From Dipteris shenzhenensis (taxonomy: Eukaryota), in NCBI GenBank assembly GCA_047967505.1, contig CM106538.1: a stretch of DNA of 64,000 bases; one strand, given 5' to 3'. The notes under the pieces are model-generated. The model saw only the letters and a program-made list of their open reading frames with translations, made no database searches and was not told the DNA's origin. Of this stretch, positions 39,079-50,900 are shown piece by piece. The translations under genes and the position numbers were made by a program. The number at the start of each line of letters is the position of its first letter. The stretch's first letter is position 1.

Positions 39079-41034
39079 GATCTCTTTGTTGGAGAAACCA
39101 TGACGAAGGGGATCATAACATGGAGTGATGGCTAGGGCAAGCTTGTATTAAGTTGTGATGGAGCTCTTGAGGCTTGGACAAATTCCACCTAGTGGCACTA
39201 TAGCATATGGGCAACTTGTGACATCTTACACAATAGGTGAGCTACGCACCATGGGTTCTCAACCACTTGAGGTTTTTGGGAGCTGACTTCATGTAAGTAG
39301 GTTGTCTCATGAACAATGCTAAACTTTTGGAACTTTTTGAAGGCCCATGCTAAAATTCCCTCCACAAAACTACAAACCAATTTGTAGTTGGTTGCTCTCA
39401 ACCTTACTGGAAGTTATGAGTGCTTAGGTGGGACTTGTGGAGTTGGATGCCCCCTAAGGTGGGTGCTTAGGTGGAAAAACAAGGGGTTCACTTTGGAATG
39501 ATGGAAGAATCTCCACCTTTAGTTATTTCGATAGGTGTTTCAAGAATGTGGTTATTAGCACTATCGATGAGGTACGGGTAATGGACATGTTTTGCGTTTT
39601 CATGAGACCATTCTTAAGGACTGGGGTTCTACTACCATTTTTTGTGTTGTAGCACATGCCTTTACTTTTCTATGAATAGTTTATTCATAGCTTTTGAGTG
39701 GAACCTTCATACTTTATTCATGCCTTTTGTATGAATAATTTATTCATAGCTTTTGAGTGTAACCTTCTCTATGAGCAAGGGTAGTGCTCTCACCACCTTA
39801 TACAAGTTGCACTACAAGACATATGGGGTGACACGGGGTACATGCAACCTCCCTCTCAATTTCAAGATGGCTTTTGCATGGGATGCAAGTTAATTGATTT
39901 TGAAATGAGGGAGGAAGCATCATCCCAACTCGGTTCTCAAGTGAGGGTCAACAAAGTGACTTTATGGTTAAGTTAAGGAGTCGAGGTCAAGAAACTTATG
40001 ATCAAGTCTGTCCAAAGGTTGAGAAGTCAAGGCCAAAGTGACTTATAGTTAAGTGTTTGCAAAAGTACACCTTGTGAATACATGCTCATGTTCTTCCTTC
40101 CTTGAGAGGCTCCTCTTGCAAAGCTTCCTCTTCTTCCTTCTCATGTTTCTCTCCACATTAAGTGCTGAGGTCGGCTCATATTAATTTCATAGAAGGAATA
40201 GCCTCCCTCTGCTTAACTTGCCCAGCTAACGTAACTCCATTAAAGTCCACTCCCATTGTTCAAAATTTAACCCATGATTAGTCCTTGAACCGTCCCTTTG
40301 GTGCTCCACATGAGGGAAAGGACCTCGAGCTACTTGCCATATTCTGAGGAGTTTCCTCTCGGGAATGTTCTCCTCTGGCTGTTTCCCCTATATAACTCAA
40401 CCTCTGTAGAGACTTACGAGACGTCAAGGTTAGAGTGTTTGCAAATGTCGAGGAGTCAAGGTCAGAGTGTTAAAGAGTGTGCAAAAGTACACTCTTTGCA
40501 AAAATTCAAGCTCATCTTTGGCCTCTCTTTGAGAATCTCTCCCCTATTTGCAGAGCTTCATCTTAGTCCTTCTCTCCACAAACTCACCGTTTGCAAAAGA
40601 CTTATGAGTAAGTCTATGCAAAAGGTGGAGGAGTGAAGATGAAAGCGACTCAAAAGTGAAGTGTGTCAAAAAAAAGTACTCTTTGAATACAAAGCTCATG
40701 TGCTCAGTCTATTCAAACGTTGAGCACTCAAGGTCAAAGTGAGAGTACACTCTTTCAAGCACATGTTCTTGCTCTGTGTCTGAGAGTTTACTCTTGTGCA
40801 AGCTTCATCTTTTTTCATTCAAAGAGCACACACACTCTTTGAATACAAGCACATGTTCTTCATCCAAAGAGCACACAAACTTTGAATACAAGCACTTCAT
40901 CTTCTTCTTCCTTCTTATTTTGAGAGTCTCCTCTTTTGCAAGCTTCATCTTCTTCCTTCTCATTTTCCTCTTCACAGAACTCAATCCGCATTTTCATCGA
41001 TCTCTCTCCCTTCTCTGCCTTCCATTTTTCTGCC

Positions 41035-41271
41035 ATGGAAGACCACCATGGCTTGCCTGATGGCTCTGCTCCCAACTCCATCCTCATGGTCACCGCCAGA
41101 GCTCCCACCAACATTGCCGTGATCAAATACTGGGGCAAGCGCGACGAGAAACTCATCCTTCCTATCAATTCCAGCATTAGCATCACTCTCAACCCTGACG
41201 ATCTCTCCGCCACCACCACTGTCGCTGCCAGCCCTTCTTTCCAATCGGATCGTCTCTGGCTCAACGGCAAG
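41035..41271 (+). CDS. MVD: MVD exon 1
   Basis: ATG at 41035; MEDHH...[13 protein letters not shown]...WLNGK, followed by GT. Confidence 0.95.
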
Positions 41272-41914
41272 GTCGATCTAACGCTCTTGGCCTTGCTGTT
41301 GAAACGTCCATTCTGCGAGTAGTCGTCTTATAATTTGGGCTCCGATGAATTCCTGAGCGGAACTTTGTTATCGCTGCTTAGGTTCATTGCTACGTCGAGA
41401 AGCTTGGATTGCATGTTCACAATGCTGCACAGGCTAGCTGCCAATTTCATCGAACCACTACTCTTTTCTCAAATTTTTGACAGTTCCAATGTGGCCCAAT
41501 GTGGCAGGAAGTCTCGATGTCAGGTGAGAGGTACAGAAATTGTCTTCGGGAGATCAGGTCTAGAGCGGCAGACGTTGTTGATAAAAATACTGGCGCCATT
41601 ATTAGAAAAGAAGATTGGGCAAATCTGCACGTACATATTGCATCAGAAAATAATTTCCCGACAGCTGCTGGGCTGGCGTCATCAGCTGCAGGATTTGCAT
41701 GCTTAGGTAATCCTGCTCCTTTCGGCTTCTACAAGACAAAAAGGAAAGTCTTTAAAGTGGTCAACCAAATGAGTGTACGTCGAACGAAATCTTGTCTGAG
41801 TGATGCGCAACAAAGGGAGTTTCAAGTGATACGTTTATGGATTTTCGAAGTGTTTTTTGTTTTTGCAAAAATTTCGTTAGCTAAATTTACTCCCTTCAGA
41901 ATGACTTTTAAAGT

Positions 41915-41952
<38 letters not shown>

Positions 41953-44900
41953 TGTTTTCTCAATCGTTACTCGCTACATTTTTCCTGCGCTCAATAGACC
42001 AAAAGGTAAAGCCCATGAGCATGCACTCGCTCTTCTTAATTTTGTTGAGCACGGGAAACATTGTCGCATACTTGAATTGCATTTTGAAATCTCCTTGAGA
42101 AAAATGTGGAATTGTGCTCCAAGACCTCTCAGAGTTCAGTTTCATGGTGAGGTTTGTTAGACATGTTTTTTTAAAATGTAATTATTACAAAAGCACAAGG
42201 AAAATCATAATTTTCATGTCGCTCGGAGTATTTCCATGAAAAATTTAGGTAGGCCTAATTGTAGCCTTCTCCTTTAGTGCTAGCCTTTGTCATGGCTGAG
42301 TCTGCCCTTCACGCTGACACAGACTCAGTACGAAGGCCTTTGTATAAGTGGATGCTCAAGTATATGTGGGTGTGGATTTGTATGTGTGAGAGCATATCTT
42401 TATACTATGGTATACACCCACCCTTGGGCGCTGATGATGTCTGTGGGGATGCCATATGAGTGACTATCATGAGATTGAAACTGCACTGTGTGTTGTATTT
42501 TTAAAGGATGAGTTTGGGCATGTTCCTGGATTCATCTAGATATAGGCCTAATTGTAGCGAAGGGCTGACCCAAAGAGGTGGTGGGAACATAGGCTACACA
42601 GATGGCGACCCAACTATTGGGCCATGCGGCTGACTTGGGCCTTTGTAGGGTAGATTATCTTTGGGTCTCTCTCTATCTCTACACATGGTGTTGCAGTCCT
42701 GGGTATCAAGGATCAACAGCCTTGTGCCTCCTTGTCCATGGTTTATACTCTGTTTTGAGGACATCTGTGTAATGAAGTCTGAGAGTGTCTCTCGTGCGAC
42801 TTACTGACGTTCCAAGCTTCTCATTCATGATTATTCTGCATCATTTGCAGTGTCTACATTATCACCATCTGCAACATTGGTACCTAGGTGATGTCACGGT
42901 AAGGGAAGGTGGCTGAATGGTCTCCGGATCCTTTGCTGAACCAACTCACTGATCATGCTTACCTTGCATGGGTGAATTGGGCACTAAAGAGGCCATGGGG
43001 TCTGTCTGGCATCTGGATCTGGTCTCAGAATAACATACAACCAACCAAAGTTGCAATCTGTGAATTGGAAAGTACGGGCCTTTTTGGCTGCAATCTCTGC
43101 TCATAGAGCCTCCTAGGGTGCCCAAACACTGAACTTACATGCTGTCCTGAAACGTGTTGCAAAAAGGCCCTCAATTTCACCTTCTGACTGTGTGGAATGG
43201 GCGGGAGTGTTGTAACTGGAGAAATTGGATCAATGCCCAGCCCCCAAATGAGGAGAGCTCAGGGGGCGACACCTCTGATAGGTAGATAGACCTGTAGGGA
43301 GTAGGGGTGAGGCTGCATGCATGGCTGCCACACGGGCAGAACGTAAATCTGCTGACAGGGCTGGTACATCGGGTACAGCAGGTACATAGGAGCTGGAACA
43401 GTGCGCAGCAGTAGCCAGTGGAAGACTGACAGCAGCAGGTTGGTTTAGACAGCAGCTGGTCGGAACTACAGCAGGCTGCACAGGAGCAGCAGAGGTCCAG
43501 GCCCAGCAAAGAGGCTTGCAAACAGGCCTATTTATAGGCAGGGGCTGTTCTTAGCGGCGACACCATGTCCCACTGAGATAGAGTTTGCAGACCCAGGAGA
43601 GGAGCTGTTCTTAGCGGCGACACCATGTCCCACTGAGATAGAGTTTGCAGACCCAGGAGTGAAGTGTGACTTTGTGGTGGAGGATGGAAGGTGCTGCTCA
43701 GCTATGCGTTGTGGATCAGTCTAGTACCAATGGCAACGATGAAGTGTCTCACTCAGAGATGGAGATTGAAGTCACCGAGGGGAGCATATGTTGAGTCTTG
43801 CACAAAGGCGGGGATTAAGATGGTACTTTTGGGAGATTTTCCTTGAGATTAGCGACAAAGACTTCGACAAGTTCGAGTTGCTGATTGACGGAGGTGATCA
43901 GGAGGTCTTTCCAGACAGGCCCAATTGCATGATGCTGGAGGGACCAGATGATGATCTTGTCAAATCCTTAATGCCAAGATCAGTGGGTGATAGACTCACT
44001 CCAGCGTTGGCTGGAGGGATTCCAACCAGTGGGGATCTACGTGGACCAACCACTAGGACCTCACTGTTTTCTAGGGGGACACCTGGAGAGTGTTGTCAGT
44101 GTGTTGGGTTACTGAAGAGACCGGAGTGCTCTTGACTTGGACTGGAGAATGTATTCGTGTTCCAGACTAGACCTGGTTGTTTGAGAGCGGTGCGGGGAAG
44201 GGAAGTTCCTGGGGATACTGGAGGTGCGGGATTCAGGACCAGAGAAACAAGACATCCTTATGTGTTTGAGTGCTTCTGCAAAGGAGCTGATGGAGCAGTA
44301 CTTTGCAAGAGTTGCTGTTGAGCCACAGTGTGTCATTGAGAGGGGTTTTGGAGAAATTTGGTCAATGCCCCACCTACGAGCTGCCAAAGGAAGAGAGATT
44401 AGGGGGTTGACACCTTAGCACATATATGGGTACATAATCCTAGGGTGAGGCTGCCATGTGGGCAGCAACATGGCTGCCACATGGGCAGCACCTAGATGTA
44501 CTGATAGGTCAAGAGGCTGAAGGTACGTGGGCTGGTACAGTAAGTACAGCTGGTACACAGGAGCTGGAACGGTGCACAGCAGTAGCCAGTGTAAGATTGA
44601 CAGCAGCAGGTTGGTTCAGAAGCAGACTGACAGCAGCACGTTGGAACTCCAGGAGGCTCCGCAGGAGCAGCAGAGGTCCAATCCAGCAAAGAGGCCTGCA
44701 AACAGGCCTATTTATAGGCAGGGACAGTCGGCTATGGAGCAGACCAAGTCTGCAAAGGAAGGCTGACAGACTGGTTGGCCAGTCTGTCAGATCGGGGTTG
44801 GCCAGTTGTCCAGACTGGGTCGGCCAGATCAGGGGCTATGTAACAGCCCCTGGTCAGGGCCACCTGTCCAGACTGGGTCGGCCAGATTAGGGGCTATGTA

Positions 44901-47900
44901 ACAGCCCACATTTGGAGTCTTTTGCAGTCCTGAGCATACCTCCTGCACACTCCAGCCTGAAGACCAGTACTCATTGTGGGGCAGAAATGCAGCAGCAAGC
45001 CTAAAGGATCTACATCGGCATGGAGTATTTTTGCAAAGCTGAAGTCCAGAACATCTGCAGCATACGTAAGTGCACACCTACACATGTAGGAGAGCTCGAG
45101 GGTGCAGCAAAGGGGGCTTTGTCTGCAGTACAACTTCAAAGTAGAACTTTGCAAGAGTGCTCAGCCTTCAAGCAGCTACTGAAGCCTACACAGAAGGGCG
45201 TGGCAGAGAGGAAGAGTTTCCAACAGAGGGTGCAGCAAAACATTTTGGTGCCTTATGTCAGATATTACATCTGAATACTCTTTCAGGTCTGGATTGTCCC
45301 CTTAGTTTCAAGTAAAGCACACGTGTCGTGTTCCACGCATTAGTATCTTGCGATCTTGGGGTTCATCTTCCGCTGCGGAGCAGTGTTGGCCCGAAGCAAA
45401 CAACCTGCCTCTACTTTTTCTAACACGGAGGGCACTTAGGACCTTGACAATTTGGTTGAAAATGCGTCCCAAACTTTATGCACAATTCCTTTTGAATGGT
45501 GCTGGAATAAGGCCATATTGGATAAATCACAAACTTGTCATGCTGTCTACTGAAAAAAGGCATCAGCGAGTGTGTAGACGTGTGCCTGAGATGACTTCCA
45601 TGATGCTCCTTTGCTTTTTGAACTCGGGAAAGATGTGGAAACTAGAGAAAGAAGGGGGAAATGAGGGAGAATGACAGGTTGGCTTGTCTTGCTTCCAACT
45701 GTTTGGAACCTCCTGTGTTAGCTGCCCAAAATCACAAAGTAAGATTTGGGCCTACTCTATCTCAGAAGATGAGACTACTTCTGATTTTACATATTTGCAT
45801 GTGCAGCTTCTAATGAAGTCTGCAAGTGTAAATGAACACAATCTGAAGCAAATACTCCGTGGGTCTTTAGAAACCCAATATAGCTGCTTATGTTTGGGCA
45901 CTGATGACGACATACGTGTTGCTTTGCTTGCTAAGTATGTCTTCCTTTTGTTTTTCAAAAAGTTTTTGTTACCTCTTTTTTCTTCTCTTTTATTTTCAGT
46001 GTAGATTTTTGGACTTTAGAACAACAAAAAAATCTAAATTTATATGAATGGATATATTCTAGTCTTACAAAGGTATACAAATATCAATGAAACATGACAG
46101 TTAAACAGAACATAAGCATTGGGTACAAACTCCCCCACCCTTCTTCCCTCTCTAAAGAGTGTAGTTTTCTACTTCCAAGTTGTCCAATTGCTGGAAGGCT
46201 CATGGCTCCAAGAGCTAGCTGCTTCCTTTGGGTTGCAAGAAGATGAAGGCCTCTCTCCTTATATCCATCCCCATGTTGTGTGGAAGCTCTGACAAGCTGA
46301 TATCTCAGTCTGGTAGAAGATTGGATGAAGAGGCCGCAATGGCATCCTACTAGTCAACTTGGGTAGATAATATGTGTTTTGAGTTTATCTAGTTAACTTT
46401 CATTCTGCTCTACATGTTTTCTTCCTTTGATCCCGTTTTACAGTTTTGTACAAGGTGATGCTTTCACGTGCATTATGTAACGTTTGATGCTTTAGTAAAT
46501 GCAATGCTGTAACTGAAGGAGGAGTGACTCTTCATGAAATAAGTAATGTCTGGTTGGAACTAATGGTGTTTGGTGTAATGCTCACAGTTTATGCCCTTGC
46601 ACAGCTAATGGGAGTCCGTGAAAGCTATGAAGGAGAGCTGTCTTCCATTGCCAGGTTTGTGTCATTGGCCTGGTGAATTACTGTTTTTAAGGTTAACTTT
46701 GATAGAAGTGTAACATCTTGTAGACTATGATTTCACAAGAGTTAGTTTGGCTGTTATATGGATGTAATATGCACAAGCCTGACCCATGTATATGGTGGCT
46801 AGAAAGCTATAGAAAAGTGGAAGAGTTGCATAAACTGAAAGTGAATAGGAGAGGGTGCAGGAGAAAAGAAGATTATTTATGTCTTTAGAAGATCCAAAGA
46901 AGAGGCTTATGAGACAAAGTGTAGATAATATTAAAATGGGTGAGCCTGAGTGCTTCTCCCAAATCACGTCATAAGTGAAGCGTGCTTCCCAATCAAAAGC
47001 ATGCGGAAATTATTTTTAAAATTTCAGCTAAAATCTTACTACTACTAACATTCACGTAGCATTAAACAATGTAAAAAAAAACCCGACAGCAGATTGCTTG
47101 TGAATAAGGCCTCTCCTGGTTAGAATTGGTTACGGGATCTATTTACAGTTTATCATTAAAATCGTAGAACATAACTTCTATAATTATAAAAGTTACAAAA
47201 CATCCATTATTCCAATTATGATAGCCCCAAACCTGGTAGATCCAGAGATCCAAAGAGTGTCCCATGTTGGAATCTAGCCATGCACTGAACTTAGATCTGG
47301 AACCATGCTAGATCAATGAAGGGGATTGCTGCTTTAGCCAAGCCCCAATGCAGCGGAAGATTATGAGATTCTATTCCACGTATGCACACAAGTACTCCTT
47401 TTAGATCTGTAGGTGTAGACAGCCAGATAGTGCAGTAAGGCACACAGGGGGGGCTCTTTCAGTTGAATCAGCTTATGCAGGTACTCTTCTTGATGAGGAG
47501 GAGCCTGAGACATTTGAAGAAGCAAAGGATAATGTGCATTGGATGAATGCCATGCAGGATGAATTGTAGTCCATTCATAAAAATCAGACTTGGGATGTCG
47601 TGGATTTGCCACCAGGCAAGAATGCCATGGGTACACGTTGGGTTTTCAAAGTCAAAAGAAAGCCAGATGGGTCCATTGATCGGTACAAGGCAAGGCTGGT
47701 TGCAAAAGGATATGTTGAGAAAAGGGCATAGATTATGAGGAGACTTTTGCTCCTACATCCAGATGACCATCATCAGGTCAGTTATAGCAATGGCTGCAAT
47801 GGAATGTTCATCAGTTGGACATTAAAATAGCTTTCCTTAATGGAGACTTGTTGGAAGAGGTTTATGTCAAACAACCTTCGGGCTTTGAAATTTCAGGAAA

Positions 47901-50900
47901 TGCACACAGGTATGCAAGCTGAATAAGGCTTTGTATGGCCTGAAACAAGCCCCACGTGCATGGTATGCAAAAATTGATGCCTTTCTAACCAGCAAGGGGC
48001 TGCACAATAGTCCAATTGAGAGCACCCTCTACATCAAGAAGGATGGGTCATCATTCTTTATGTAGATGACAGGCTGTAAAACGCATCTTCCGTTTCTTGC
48101 AAGGGTTATGCATTGGCAAGCTGTAAAACGCATCTTCCGTTACTTGCAAGGTACAAAGTCTTTTGGCTTGATGTTTCCTAGGGCGGGTGACTTGCAGATG
48201 CATGCTTACAGTGACTTAGATTGGGCTGGGGACTATGATACTAGGTAGTCCACCAGTGGGAATTGTTTCTTTCTAGGACATGCTTGCATTTCTTGGTTGA
48301 GCAAGAAACAATCTACAGTGGCTACCTCCTCATGTGAAGCTGAGTACAGGGCAGCTTTCACAGCGACAGTTGAATGTGTTTGGCTACGTCGTTTGTTTGT
48401 TGATCTTCGTTTTCATTGGAGGGTCCTTCTCCGATTCTCACTGATAGTTAGAGTGCTATAGTAGTGGCAAAGAATCCTGTGTTTCATGCTCGCATGAAGC
48501 ACATTGAGGTTCACTATCACTATGTCAGAGAGAAGTTGCATGCAGGAGAGATCAGTATGATTTATGTGTCAACACATGACAATGTTGCAGACATCTTCAC
48601 CAAAGCACTTCCACGTGAGAAGTTTGAGGCCTTTCGTAGTGCCCTGAACTTCTCTCCTTTTGGTGATTGATCATTTCCTTGTACATGACATTGGCACTGT
48701 AGGGGGGTGTTAGAATTACTATTATATTCTAACAGTGACCGATGTAATGTAATAAGTAGGTTAGGGCACTTTTCCCTCCTTAGAGGTTTTTCCCCCTAAC
48801 CCCAGTTAGTTCACTAACTACGGTTAGTGAAGGATAAGGTTTTGTCGCTTAGACAAAATCTTTCCCCGGTTTTGTATTTTCACACTTTATCTATTGCAAC
48901 TTACGTTTAGCACTCTGTCTCTCCTAGTCTCACTCTCTCCATCAATTACCAGGGGTTTCCATGTTTTAAAGAAAGGGCTTTCATTTGCTGTAATTTGATC
49001 AAGAGCAGCAAATATCAATATGAAAGATAATCCTTTGAAAAAGAGTATGGAAGGAATCCACCTAGCATAGGTGCAGCGCTACCAATTAGTTGCATAGCAA
49101 GGTCTGAGAATCTTTTTTTCGGAGGTCCATCGATTGATTGTGCAAATCCACGTTGAATGGTGAACCAGAAGGAGGCGCCGGACAAGACTTTCAAGGCTGT
49201 TTTAGGTGTGGCAGAGGCGATTTGCAGAAGAGGGCAGGTTGCGTGGAACCTGGCGCTATCTCCTGCGTTGAAATCTGTGCTGTGTGCTGCGTACTGTTGG
49301 AGAGCAGGGCTGGCCTGCCTGAGAGTGATCGGAAAAGCAGCAACAGTGGCTGTTCATGGCCAAAGGTAGTGCGAGAAAATCAGCTAGAGCCAGGCTGGTT
49401 TGGTCATGGGAAGATAGGCAGGCAAGGTTGCTGATTTCAGGCAGGTATGGCGGGATGAGCAGGAGAGAACTGGCATTGCAAACTGCTCCAAAAGATGCAG
49501 TCAAAGTCCACAGCCTGCTTGCAAGAGAAAAGGTGAAATTTGTACGGCCGTTTTTGGAGCGGAAGAAAAGACGTGAAAGTGCGATTCGTTTTCGCCCCTT
49601 TTTTTTCTCTTGCTGGTTGGTGGTTGCCAAAAATCAAAACGTGGGTTCAAGGAACCCTTGGGTAGTCTAGGGTTAGGCCTTGGGTGTAGGGCTGGTTGCC
49701 CTTTTTAGGCCCTCTAGGTACCCTTTTGTAGGTTGGTGCTTGGTGCCAAAGGGTGTGTCTATTCTAAGGGTTAGGACCCTTGGAATAGGTGTACCTTTTC
49801 ATGAAGGGGTGTAACCCTGTTTTAAAGAGGGGTGTCCCCACACGAAAAGATGTGTCTTTTTCACGATGGGGTGTGTCCCTTGGGTGAGGAGTAAAAAACT
49901 CTTCATCAAAAGGTGCGTCCGATGGTGAAAAAGGTGCGTCCCTTGGTTTTGGGACAGCCCAAGCACATCAAAAGACATGATTTTTGTCGTGTTCATTCAC
50001 ATCAACTCGTGATGTGAGGAAGATGGAGAGGCCACTAATGACTTAGGTAGGGTTGACGCTAAAAATTTTTATGCTCATTCTCTTCATCTCTTCCATGCAC
50101 AAAGTGCGTGGATATCCTTCTAGCGGAAGTAGACGTATTAGATAGGCGCTAGAAGGTGGGAGGTATTTCCTACAGGCAGGAGCAAAATTTGCTCTGATAC
50201 CACTGTAAGAAATCTTAGATTTACTATATTTAGAAATGTGCTAAGGAACAAAAAGGAGACTGAAATAAAATAGAACAAGGAATATTTGTATTGCTTGAGT
50301 GTCTGAGTGTCATCCATACAGTTGGGCCTCTATAGAGAGTGAAGAGTCACACATGAAAAGGTGTGTACTCCAAAGTGTATGTGCATGAAGAGGTGTGTAC
50401 CCCTTGTGAAGGGTGTGACCCTTAATGAGCGGGTACATTATAATGGTAGTGTCTCTTCAATAGAATGTCTCTTGTGAAGGGTTGTGCCTCATAGGAAGTG
50501 TCCCGTCGAAAGGGTATACCCTTTCACAATTGTCCATTCATCAAACTTGTAGGCCATCTTCTGGTGGTTCTAGTGATGCCCTATAGGCCAAGGTATGTGC
50601 CTTGTAGGCATAAATGTAGGCACTTGTAGTGTTAGTGCCTTTTAGGCCACATAGGACACTTAGTCCTATGTGACACCTAGGACACTTAGTCCTAGGTCTA
50701 GGTACAAGTACCTTGTACTTAGATTTTTCATTATCTAAGATTTGACGTGACGGCTAACTCCTCTTTGCTACTTGCACTCTCTCTCTCTTTCATTCGATCC
50801 TACAGTGGTATCAGAGCTGAGGTAGACTCGTCTCCTGCTCATCGGATTTGTACCAGTTGTACAGCCGTACCTCCGTACGTATTTGCGCCACCGTATGTTG

